Assembly: GCA_016187025.1 (NCBI GenBank)
Contig: JACPKM010000001.1
Location: 107,188-171,187, forward strand
Direction: 5' to 3'
DNA length: 64,000 nt
Source of the DNA: Candidatus Daviesbacteria bacterium
Lineage (GTDB): Bacteria > Patescibacteriota > Microgenomatia > Daviesbacterales > UBA10151
A program made the position numbers and the translations under genes. Of this stretch, positions 38,373-46,871 are shown in pieces; positions within the stretch are counted from its first letter, which is position 1, and every line of letters begins with the position of its first letter. The notes beneath the pieces were generated by a model that searched no databases, was not told where the DNA came from, and saw only the letters and a program-made list of their open reading frames with translations.

Positions 38373-39216
38373 AAATTTAGCAGTCCAATATGAAAATCCC
38401 AGTACTGATTACTTCAAGGTTAGGAATAGTTTTGCGGAGGCACTTGCGCGTATTAACACCTCTGAATATGAAACAAGGTTGTTGTGGGTGATAATACGCA
38501 AAACCTGGGGTTGGAATAAAGATGAAGACTATATTTCAGTAACTCAATTCGAGAAGGCAACAGGTATTAACAGAAGCAATGCACACCCTTCTCTACTCAA
38601 ACTTGAAGAAAAGAAAATTATCATAATTAATAGAACAGGTCATATTAATAAGTATAGGATCAATACCAATGTTAATGAGTGGGTGCACAAGGAAGGGAAA
38701 AATGTTATTCCCATAAATAATGTTATTCCAGCAGATAATATTATCCCTCCAACTAATACCCCGTTATTTGAGGACATAACAACTTCGTTATCTCAAGAGA
38801 CCATAACAAAAGAAACAGAAAAGACAATTAAACAAAACACAAGTAATATAAATAGCGACAGTATTAAAAATTCATTACCAGTGAAAACAGAACAACCTAA
38901 TAAACAGATCCCTCTTCAGAAACTGGTTTCTTATTATAAGCAGCTCTACAAAGGTAAATTTAACCATGAACCAGTCATTAGCAGTATGAGTTGGGGGAAA
39001 TGGGGAAAGTTGCTGAAAACAAAACTTGAACAAGGATATTCCTTAAAAGAAATTGCCATCCTGCTTCAAACTTTTGCTAAATCAAAAGAATCAGATCCAA
39101 AAAGACTAGGTTTTGACCTTGGCGCCTTCTTTTCCGATTATGTCTTCAATAAAATGCAAGCAATTAAAAGCAAGAGGGTTGATGTAGCCACGGAAGGAAA
39201 ATATGATAAATATTAA
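38365..39216 (+). CDS. Phage replication initiator (lambda O-like N-terminus)
   Basis: IIRKTWGWNKDEDYISVTQFEKATG; internal iteron-like repeats. Confidence 0.85.
   Translation: MIKNLAVQYENPSTDYFKVRNSFAEALARINTSEYETRLLWVIIRKTWGWNKDEDYISVTQFEKATGINRSNAHPSLLKLEEKKIIIINRTGHINKYRINTNVNEWVHKEGKNVIPINNVIPADNIIPPTNTPLFEDITTSLSQETITKETEKTIKQNTSNINSDSIKNSLPVKTEQPNKQIPLQKLVSYYKQLYKGKFNHEPVISSMSWGKWGKLLKTKLEQGYSLKEIAILLQTFAKSKESDPKRLGFDLGAFFSDYVFNKMQAIKSKRVDVATEGKYDKY
38701..38807 (+). repeat. Iteron-like repeats (probable element origin)
   Basis: AATGTTATTCC-like at 38701, 38719 and 38737 (18-bp period), then two CGTTAT..ATAAC. Confidence 0.6.
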
Positions 39217-40069
39217 ATCTAACCTGCCTATTTGTAGTTTGTGTGGTAAACAGATTAATTCCCTTGGTTTTGAGGATAGAATTATTAGGAATCACCGAGA
39301 TAAACCAGATGAATTTGGATTGTGGAATTTAGATGCACAGCTTGATATTAAAGAATTTGAAAAAGATATTCACTTAAAGTGCCGCATTCGGTGTGCCAGA
39401 TATTATCGTGTTGAGTTGAAACGTAAATGGCTTTCAACAGAGCTGTTTGAGGTTACTAACGATAACAGAACCGCATATGAAGCCCTAGAAAAAATGAAGG
39501 GGATGAATTATGAAGAGATGAAATCTAACGGTATATACCTTTACGGGCAGCCTGGAACAGGTAAAACACATTTACTTACTGATCTTTGCCGCACCATCAC
39601 TGACCGACATACCAATCTGGCTAATATATCATGGGTAAACACTTCAGATATGCTTATAAATCTCCGTTCTAGCTTCGGCAAAAAATATGAATATAGGGAA
39701 GAAACTGAATCAGAAAAGATCCTAAAAAAATTAAAAGCCAGATTTTTATTTTTAGACGATCTGGGCACAGAAGCTGCCACAGAGTGGGCAAAGGAAATTC
39801 TCTATGGAGCTATAAATTATAGGTATGATGAACAGCTTCCACTCTTTGTAACCAGCAACTTATCTCCTAAAGAATTGGAAGACAAAATGGGGGATAAATT
39901 TACTTCGAGAATAGTTGGAATGTGTAAGCCTGTAAGGATAGCAGGAGAAGATCGGCGTTTAGATGCCAAGGAACAAAATCCTAATATAGCATTGCCCATA
40001 TTCTCATATCAAATGGCATATTGGAATCCAGAGGAAAACGTACCTGAAAATAAGGCAGGTAGAAATTAA
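39203..40069 (+). CDS. DnaC/IstB-like AAA+ helicase loader
   Basis: GQPGTGKTHL, LFLDDLGTE, INYRY, TSN and SRI motifs. Confidence 0.9.
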   Translation: MINIKSNLPICSLCGKQINSLGFEDRIIRNHRDKPDEFGLWNLDAQLDIKEFEKDIHLKCRIRCARYYRVELKRKWLSTELFEVTNDNRTAYEALEKMKGMNYEEMKSNGIYLYGQPGTGKTHLLTDLCRTITDRHTNLANISWVNTSDMLINLRSSFGKKYEYREETESEKILKKLKARFLFLDDLGTEAATEWAKEILYGAINYRYDEQLPLFVTSNLSPKELEDKMGDKFTSRIVGMCKPVRIAGEDRRLDAKEQNPNIALPIFSYQMAYWNPEENVPENKAGRN

Positions 40070-40084
40070 AGAAAGGGGGTTTAA

Positions 40085-40240
40085 GTGTCTAAATATATTT
40101 TGCTAGTAAAGAAAAGCGGGCAAGTTATCAAATTAGCATCCAAGGATTTCCCCATACAAAGAAGAGGAGGGGTAGGCGTAAAAGCAGTTATCCTTGCTAA
40201 GGGTGATGCGGTAGTAGCGGCAGTTGCACTTGAAAGTTAA
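40085..40240 (+). CDS. 51-aa stand-alone GyrA-CTD blade with GyrA-box (not in track)
   Basis: AAGGGGGT RBS, GTG start; YILLVKKSGQVIKLASKDFPIQRRGGVGVKAVILAKGDAVVAA. Confidence 0.7.
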   Translation: MSKYILLVKKSGQVIKLASKDFPIQRRGGVGVKAVILAKGDAVVAAVALES

Positions 40241-40285
40241 TGTATCAATTTAAAAAATACAAAGTATGGAAGGAGGTGAGCTTAT

Positions 40286-40534
40286 TTGAAAATTTTAACT
40301 TTTAGCAGAATTTCTTCTCAAGATCAGGAGAAATTGGCTTTACAACAAAGTCATAAACAGGATGTTGAGGTGGAAAACGAAAATGGATGTACCTACCTGG
40401 TTTGTCATAAGTGTGATGGTTTTTGGGTGGTGGACACGCTCTCTAGATGGATCAGATACCCTAAAGGAGAGTTGAGAGAAAGAAAACGCTACCCAAAACC
40501 AAGATGTCCATTTTGTGATAAAGTCGGAGTTTAA
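40286..40534 (+). CDS. Zinc-ribbon protein
   Basis: CHKC..CPFC; strong AAGGAGGTGA RBS. Confidence 0.75.
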   Translation: MKILTFSRISSQDQEKLALQQSHKQDVEVENENGCTYLVCHKCDGFWVVDTLSRWIRYPKGELRERKRYPKPRCPFCDKVGV

Positions 40535-40657
40535 TATTTACTATGAGGTATATATAATAAATTAGCTAATAAAAATAGAGCCTCCAGGCCTGAATAACCA
40601 AGGGAAGCTCTATTACGCTTAGGTGAGTCGTTTTGAGGCGGACTACGCCCTATTTGT

Positions 40658-40825
40658 ATGAACACTATACCAAAAATAAATAAAAATATCCAAGAACAAG
40701 ATGCTGAATTGATGAATGACAAAAAATTCATCTTTATGGTTTGCAACAGATGTGGATGGGCTGGGATAGCAACCACTTTTTCAAAGAAATACCTTTCAAG
40801 ACCAAAATGTCCATCTTGTAAATAA
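40658..40825 (+). CDS. 55-aa zinc-ribbon protein (not in track)
   Basis: FMVCNRC..YLSRPKCPSCK, paralog of 40286..40534. Confidence 0.65.
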   Translation: MNTIPKINKNIQEQDAELMNDKKFIFMVCNRCGWAGIATTFSKKYLSRPKCPSCK

Positions 40826-40833
40826 GAATAACA

Positions 40834-42372
40834 ATGACAACAACAAAAAAGGCAATAATTTATACGAGAGTTTCGGACCCAGGCCAGGTCAGCGGTCTAT
40901 CTTTAGATGTCCAAAGGGAGAAGTGTTCTAAATGGGCAAAAGATCACGGCTTTCAGGTAGTAGGCATATATGAGGACGGTGGCAAAACAGGAACAAAAAC
41001 TGTCGGTCGAGATGGCCTTGAAGATGTCATTATTCACTGTCAGAGAGAAAAAATAGACGTAGTACTGGTGATTGATACAGACCGAATTGCGAGAAACGAA
41101 TTTGATCACTTTTCAATCCGAAATGAGTTGAAAAAACAGGGCACATTACTTATTGCCATAAATCAACCGCTAATTGATGGTTCGGCAGAGGGGTTGTTGA
41201 TGGATGGAATGCTGGCTTCAATAAATGCTTTTTATAGCAGGTTAACTGGACGTAAAGTAAGAAAGAGTTTGGAGAAAAAATGGGAGGATGGTATTTATCC
41301 TTCATGGGCCCCCCTAGGTTATATCAATGTTAATAAAGGCACTGAAGAGAAACCTCACCGCGTAATTGAGATTGATCCTAAAACTGGACCGCTTATTAAA
41401 ATGCTTTTTAAAATGTATGCAACAGGCAGTCATTCGTACCTTTCCCTTTCCCGAATAATGTTTAAAAAAGGATTAACTGCAAGAAATGGGAAAGTGCTTT
41501 CCGACAGCAGCTTGCAACAGATATTGTCTTGCACCTTTTATTACGGGTGGATGAAATGGGGCGGTATGGAAAAATGGGGTATCCATAAACCATTAATCAA
41601 TAAGACATTATTTGATCAATGCCAGTTTACAGCAGCAAAGCACCGGCAATTTCTTGTCCGCCAGAGGAAGCATGATTTCCTTTTAAGAGGAGTTGTCTTG
41701 TGCTCAAAGCATGATTCAAGGTTTACGGCAGAATGGCATTATTATCACCACGATCATTACAAAAAACAAAAAATCGGCTATTACCATTGCCACTTTCAGG
41801 GAGGCTGCTCTGGTTCTTATATCGAGGTAAATGAGCTTGAAAAGAGAGTTGCTAATCTTTTCAAAAACTATCAATTTGACCAGGAGTTTATTGATCTGGT
41901 AAGACAAAAGGTTAGAGATTATTTAAATGATGGAAGAAAGACCCTTGAGTCTCAAAGACAGGCAATTATTAACAGACGGAAGGTAGTGGAAGATAAAAGG
42001 AACAATTTAGAAGATTTGCTGGTAGCAGGAACAGTTGAAAGGGAGACTTATCAAAGACAGCATATCAAGCTCCATGGGGGAATAGAAGTTTTAGACAATG
42101 AATTGGCAGAGTTAGAACATCAGCGGAGTATTGATGTAACGCTGATAGATGAAATTTTGGCGCTAAGCAGAGATATTTATAAGACTTACTCAACCGCCCC
42201 CACTTTCCTCAAAAGACATTACCTAAGATTCTTCTTTGAGGCTGTCTATGTTGATGAAAAAAGAATCACTAAGGTGGTTGAAACACCGCTGTTTGCAACC
42301 TTGCGCAGGCAACACCACATTATAATAAGGACCAACTGGCTCCCCCGGGAGGATTCGAACCTCCAACCTTGA
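40834..42372 (+). CDS. Large serine recombinase of element A
   Basis: YTRVSD, DRIAR, Zn ribbon and coiled coil; last codons WLPREDSNLQP* are tRNA antisense. Confidence 0.95.
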   Translation: MTTTKKAIIYTRVSDPGQVSGLSLDVQREKCSKWAKDHGFQVVGIYEDGGKTGTKTVGRDGLEDVIIHCQREKIDVVLVIDTDRIARNEFDHFSIRNELKKQGTLLIAINQPLIDGSAEGLLMDGMLASINAFYSRLTGRKVRKSLEKKWEDGIYPSWAPLGYINVNKGTEEKPHRVIEIDPKTGPLIKMLFKMYATGSHSYLSLSRIMFKKGLTARNGKVLSDSSLQQILSCTFYYGWMKWGGMEKWGIHKPLINKTLFDQCQFTAAKHRQFLVRQRKHDFLLRGVVLCSKHDSRFTAEWHYYHHDHYKKQKIGYYHCHFQGGCSGSYIEVNELEKRVANLFKNYQFDQEFIDLVRQKVRDYLNDGRKTLESQRQAIINRRKVVEDKRNNLEDLLVAGTVERETYQRQHIKLHGGIEVLDNELAELEHQRSIDVTLIDEILALSRDIYKTYSTAPTFLKRHYLRFFFEAVYVDEKRITKVVETPLFATLRRQHHIIIRTNWLPREDSNLQP

Positions 42373-42623
42373 TCTTACAAGTACCCCCGGTTTTCATCGG
42401 GGCTTGGACTATCTCTTAGTCATAATCTATAAATAGATCCCAGACTCCAGGTATATAGTCTCTACACATTTACCACATTCAGTTTGCATGAACGTGGACT
42501 TAGCTCGAGATTACCCTTCAACAAGCTCAGGGCTTCCCCGAATTAGCCTGGTTACATTTCAAAGTTTCCCTTGAAAGCTGCATTATTTTACAGGATCCCG
42601 CTCTACCATTGAGCTACAGGGGA
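42337..42623 (-). tRNA. tRNA-Asn(GTT) split by a group I intron (exons 42590-42623 and 42337-42377)
   Basis: Joined exons give TCCCCTGTAGCTCAATGGTAGAGCGGGATCCTGT|TAAGATCAAGGTTGGAGGTTCGAATCCTCCCGGGGGAGCCA. Confidence 0.92.
42378..42589 (-). ncRNA. Group I intron (212 nt, no ORF) within the anticodon
   Basis: Exon U paired to G in P1 (CTGT/GCAG); P AATTCGGGGAA, Q AATCTCGAGC, R GAGACTA, S GATAGTCC; terminal G. Confidence 0.9.
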
Positions 42624-42686
42624 ATGTTAATGTACGCTTGGTATTTTACCACCCACCAAAGCTGAAATCCAGCTATATTCCCAATT

Positions 42687-42725
42687 GGGAATATTAGGGA
42701 TATTCGGGAAATTAGGGAAGTGGGG
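42687..42725 (+). repeat. Degenerate ~9-nt G-run tandem repeat (G4-like)
   Basis: GGGAATATTAGGGATATTCGGGAAATTAGGGAAGTGGGG. Confidence 0.5.
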
Positions 42726-42736
42726 AAAGTAAGTAT

Positions 42737-43825
42737 TTATTCAAGATAATCGCGCAGTTTTTTGGCTCGGGTGGGGTGTTTGAGCTTTCTGATAGCTTTT
42801 GCCTCAATTTGACGGATACGCTCTCTGGTTACCCCAAACTCTTTCCCTACTTCCTCAAGTGTTCTTTGCTTGCCATCCTCCAATCCAAACCTGAGCTGCA
42901 AAACCCTTTTTTCTCTTGGTGACAGCGAATCTAGCACTTCATCCAAATGACCTTTTAAAAGCTCTCTGGTGGCTGCTTCATCTGGTTGCAAACCTTGATC
43001 TGCTATAAAATCACCCAGATGAGAATCCTCTTCATCCCCAACCGGAGTCTCTAAAGATGTAGGTTCTTGGGAAACTTTTACTATTTCTCTTGCTTTTGAA
43101 GGGTCTATACCTAACACTGAGGCTACCTCCTCGGGAGTAGGTTCTCTTCCCAGCTCTTGCATTAACTGTCTTTGAGTTCTATTAAACCTGTTTATAGTCT
43201 CAACCATATGCACCGGAATACGGATAGTTCTTGCTTGATCAGCAATAGCCCTGGTTATTGCCTGTCTAATCCACCAGGTAGCATAGGTTGAAAACTTATA
43301 ACCTCTACGCCAATCGTACTTATCAACTGCCCTCATCAAACCGATATTTCCTTCCTCTATTAAATCAAGCAGAGACATCCCCCTACCTACATATTTTTTG
43401 GCAATAGATACAACCAATCTTAAATTTGCACTGATAAGCTTATCCCTGGCTCTTTTTTCATTTTTTTCTGCCCTTTTTGCAAGGTCTATTTCTTGTACAG
43501 CTGTTAAAAGAGGAATCTTTCCAATATCCCTTAAATATTGCCTAACAGGATCTGTTACTGAACCTTCTTCTAAAGTTGTAAGCATTTCTAGCTCTTTTTC
43601 TAACTCTGTAGTAGTTTTACCTTCTGTTTCCAGCTCTTCTGCAGTAGTTTCAAATACATCAATACCTTCATCGATTAGGCCAGTAAAAAACTGGTCAAGC
43701 CCTTCAATGTTATCTTCCGGCTTGGGAAAAACCTGCAGGATTTCTTCTTGGGTAACAAATCCTCTTTCCCGCCCAAGCTTCATTATTTTTTTTACATCTA
43801 AGTTTGTTTGCTTCTTTGCTGCCAT
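42737..43825 (-). CDS. rpoD: RNA polymerase primary sigma factor
   Basis: [51 protein letters not shown]. Confidence 0.98.
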   Translation of the reverse strand: MAAKKQTNLDVKKIMKLGRERGFVTQEEILQVFPKPEDNIEGLDQFFTGLIDEGIDVFETTAEELETEGKTTTELEKELEMLTTLEEGSVTDPVRQYLRDIGKIPLLTAVQEIDLAKRAEKNEKRARDKLISANLRLVVSIAKKYVGRGMSLLDLIEEGNIGLMRAVDKYDWRRGYKFSTYATWWIRQAITRAIADQARTIRIPVHMVETINRFNRTQRQLMQELGREPTPEEVASVLGIDPSKAREIVKVSQEPTSLETPVGDEEDSHLGDFIADQGLQPDEAATRELLKGHLDEVLDSLSPREKRVLQLRFGLEDGKQRTLEEVGKEFGVTRERIRQIEAKAIRKLKHPTRAKKLRDYLE

Positions 43826-43863
43826 ATTAGTTTTTTAAAGACCTCTAAGTTTCATGATTATAC

Positions 43864-45651
43864 CTAAAGGTTTTTTAGTTTTACAGATAGGTCTCTAAAC
43901 CTCCTGTTGAGCTTTTCCAAGCTTTCTATTTTACCAAATTCCTGCGCATTTTTAATCTCTAGTGTTAATCTCTCCAAAGATGCTCTGATTAATGACTTTT
44001 TAAGCTCAGTTATTACTGTCTCAAATTCTTTCTGCCAATCTTTTTTATCTGCAAGCTTACTATCCAATTCAGTTAAATAAAGCCTATCTACCTCCTGGGC
44101 CAGATCTTTTGGCAAGGTTGAGACAAATTCGTTGATGTTAAAAGAGGCCATTTTGAAAAAGATAGAATCAAGATAGAGCACAAGCATTACATAAATCTGC
44201 TTCCATCTCTCTTCTAAAAATAGAGTTTCAGGGAAACTCGGGACAAAATTATGATCTTCCGGAATATGTAGAAGCAAGGCGATCAGATACTCCTCAAGCA
44301 TCTCTCTTCTGGTTTTACCACTTTTTATTCCATCGTCCTTTTTACCAGCTGAGGCAGAAATTTTTATAAAAGAGATTTTACCATCAAATTTTCGCTGCTT
44401 GTTTACAAGTTGTCTTAAAAGTTTTTCTTCTATCTTCAAAAAAGCAGCTAGTTTTTGGATATAGTGTTCTCTGACAAAATCATCTGTAATTTTTGCCCAT
44501 ACTGGTATAAGCTCTTGAGCGACTTTTTTAAAATCTGAGGGGTTTTTAAGATTAAATCTTTTTGCAGTTGAGTGCAGATAATAATCATAAATAGGGGCTG
44601 CATCCTGGACAGCTTTTTTCCAAGCATCAGAGTTGTTTCTGTTTAACTCTGCTGCATCTTTTTCATCAGCAATTGTAGTTACTTTAATGTCCAGTCCTAG
44701 TCTGTCTGCTATCTCTATTCCTCTTCTTGCTGCTGAGTCTCCGGCCAAATCCATATCAAAGCATAAATTTATAGTCTCGGTGTATTTTTTTAGCAGCTCT
44801 AGCTGTCCTTCAGTTAAAGCAGTACCTTTGGTAGCAACAATATTTTGTACTCCTTCTTGATAAGACATGATCATATCCATCTCCCCTTCTACCAAAATTG
44901 CTTCCTTTTTATTTCTTATCTCATTTTTTGATAAGTTAATTCCAAACAGGTAACTACTTTTATCAAATATTGGAGTCTGAGGAGTATTGATGTATTTTGG
45001 CTCTTGTGGATATAGTACCCTTCCTGAAAAACCAATTAACCTATCTTTTTGATCAATCAGAGGAAAAGTTATCCTGGCCCTAAACCTGTCATAGCAGAAA
45101 TCCTTTGAGGCTACCCCTAAACCAGAGTTTATTATTTCAGAAATACTAAACCCCCGCTTGAGTAAAAATTTAGTTAACGTATCCCAGGAGTTAGGAGCAT
45201 AGCCAATGCCAAATTTTTCTATTGACTCTTTTTTCAAACCCCGCTTTTTTAAATAATCCAGGGCATTTTTGCCCAAAGGGTGTTTGTTTAGAATATAACC
45301 AAATAATTCTTGAGCTTTTAGATTAGCTTCAAAAAGCCGGTCTCTGAAATCTTTTTTCCCGGTCTTTTTTCTTTTTAAGCTAACTCCAGCTTTTTTGGCC
45401 AGTATTTCCAGGGCATCTTTAAATTCCAAGCCCTCTTTTTCCATTAAAAACTTAAAAATATCCCCACCTTTTTGGCACCCCCCAAAACAATGCCAGATTT
45501 GTCTTTCTGGAGAGACCATAAAAGAAGGGGTTTTTTCTGTATGGAAAGGACAATTAGCTTTGAAATTTACTCCGGATTTTTTTAAGGGAAGATACTCTTG
45601 AATTAAATCTACAATATTTAACTTTTGCTTGATCAGTTCTATTTCGTCCAT
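43864..45651 (-). CDS. dnaG: DNA primase
   Basis: CPFH..C..C zinc finger; TOPRIM EGEMD and DMDLAG. Confidence 0.97.
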   Translation of the reverse strand: MDEIELIKQKLNIVDLIQEYLPLKKSGVNFKANCPFHTEKTPSFMVSPERQIWHCFGGCQKGGDIFKFLMEKEGLEFKDALEILAKKAGVSLKRKKTGKKDFRDRLFEANLKAQELFGYILNKHPLGKNALDYLKKRGLKKESIEKFGIGYAPNSWDTLTKFLLKRGFSISEIINSGLGVASKDFCYDRFRARITFPLIDQKDRLIGFSGRVLYPQEPKYINTPQTPIFDKSSYLFGINLSKNEIRNKKEAILVEGEMDMIMSYQEGVQNIVATKGTALTEGQLELLKKYTETINLCFDMDLAGDSAARRGIEIADRLGLDIKVTTIADEKDAAELNRNNSDAWKKAVQDAAPIYDYYLHSTAKRFNLKNPSDFKKVAQELIPVWAKITDDFVREHYIQKLAAFLKIEEKLLRQLVNKQRKFDGKISFIKISASAGKKDDGIKSGKTRREMLEEYLIALLLHIPEDHNFVPSFPETLFLEERWKQIYVMLVLYLDSIFFKMASFNINEFVSTLPKDLAQEVDRLYLTELDSKLADKKDWQKEFETVITELKKSLIRASLERLTLEIKNAQEFGKIESLEKLNRRFRDLSVKLKNL

Positions 45652-45745
45652 ATTAGTAACAATTCATCAAGTCGTCCGTGACGCATCAGACAGCACATCA
45701 CATAACCACCAGAGATTATCGCGCAGATTATATACCAAAAAGGGT

Positions 45746-46012
45746 TTACTTAGCAATTCCTTCGAAAATGAATTGCTTAATTAGAGACTGATACGGCACA
45801 TCCATTTTATGGGCTTTAATTTTAACCCTGTCAATTAAACCGGCCGGTAAACGGATAGTTATTGGTTTCGTAGTAAGCTTCAGATTAGGAAAACTAACAC
45901 CTCTTTTAGCTTTTGACCAGTCTATATATTCAGTCGAATCGTGAGTTTGCCAAAATTCCCTTTCCTCAGCTTCAGATTTAAAACCTGGGATTGGTTTAAG
46001 CTTTTTGTTCAT
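45746..46012 (-). CDS. BrnA/CopG-like antitoxin
   Basis: EEREFWQTHDST..ITIRL..PYQSLIK. Confidence 0.85.
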   Translation of the reverse strand: MNKKLKPIPGFKSEAEEREFWQTHDSTEYIDWSKAKRGVSFPNLKLTTKPITIRLPAGLIDRVKIKAHKMDVPYQSLIKQFIFEGIAK

Positions 46013-46292
46013 ATTGCCTCCTTTCTTTTTTGTTGGTTTTTCTTACAGAAATAACTCTAATCTTATGTTTTCTTATAGTAAAGACTGCTAATAGTACGCA
46101 GCCCTTGGTCGTCTTGCCTAAACTTATGTATCGTACCTCCTGCTTTGAATGTTTGATATCTTCCTGTAATAATTTATCCTGGTCTAAAAATACCTCCTCA
46201 GCCTCATTCGGGGTAATACCGTGCTTTTGATAACTTTTATCAAAATTGCCTTTGTCCCACTCAAAACCAGTAATTTTACTTAGGTCTAACAC
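45996..46292 (-). CDS. brnT: BrnT toxin
   Basis: GFEWDKGN..KHGI..EAEEVF..IRVIS; start codon approximate. Confidence 0.85.
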   Translation of the reverse strand: MLDLSKITGFEWDKGNFDKSYQKHGITPNEAEEVFLDQDKLLQEDIKHSKQEVRYISLGKTTKGCVLLAVFTIRKHKIRVISVRKTNKKERRQYEQKA

Positions 46293-46367
46293 TGTACATA
46301 TATTACATGTACAAATAATTTTTGTCAATGTAGACTAGAATCAAAAATTAGGTATAATATGACAACT

Positions 46368-46452
46368 GGAGAGGTCGCATAGTGGCCTAGTGCGCGGGCT
46401 TGGAAAGCTCGTATACCGCAAGGTATCGTGGGTTCAAATCCCACCCTCTCCG
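46368..46452 (+). tRNA. tRNA-Ser(GGA)
   Basis: Cloverleaf with long variable arm; loop TTGGAAA; no encoded CCA. Confidence 0.95.
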
Positions 46453-46651
46453 CAGTTAGGAAATGAGAGTCCCGGCTCGCCCGCTACGCGGGCCCGCCAG
46501 CCGTTCTTCGAGGAAATTTCAAGCCGTTTTGAATAAAGTCAAGGCCAAAAGCGGGCTTCCCTCATAATTGGACTGTTTTCATTTTATTTGTTATCATATT
46601 TATGAAGGGTTAGATAAGCTCCCATACTAATACTATCCTACTTAGGAAACT

Positions 46652-46867
46652 ATGAAAAGTCAAAATAATAATGAAACCATTGGGGATAAGATAAAACAGC
46701 TTAGAAATAAGCAGGGTTTGACGCAAGACGAATTGGCGAGAAAATCCGATCTTCCCTATACAACGCTGACTAAAATTGAAACGAATGTCATCACAAAGCC
46801 TTCTATCCAAACAGTTATGAAGATTGCCAAAGGATTGGGGATTAGTGTTGATGAGTTAATGAAATAA
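46652..46867 (+). CDS. XRE-family regulator
   Basis: LRNKQGLTQDELARKS..LTKIE..KPSIQTV. Confidence 0.9.
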   Translation: MKSQNNNETIGDKIKQLRNKQGLTQDELARKSDLPYTTLTKIETNVITKPSIQTVMKIAKGLGISVDELMK

Positions 46868-46871
46868 AAAT

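Larger units (their letters stand above)
26763..42342 (+). mobile_element. Integrative element A (about 15.6 kb) at tRNA-Asn
   Basis: LSR reads into the tRNA 3' end; carries replication initiator, DnaC-like loader, ImmA/ImmR-like pair and defence cargo. Confidence 0.8.

Noticed and set aside
26763-42342. Complete prophage or ICE
   Set aside because: No capsid, portal, TerL, tail, relaxase or VirB4 genes.
43398-43838. Antisense ORFs within long genes (rpoD, dnaG, comM, herA and others)
   Set aside because: Shadow frames with no motifs or RBS.
45655-45730. Structured leader upstream of dnaG
   Set aside because: Slightly GC-rich, but only weak pairing and no recognisable riboswitch motif.
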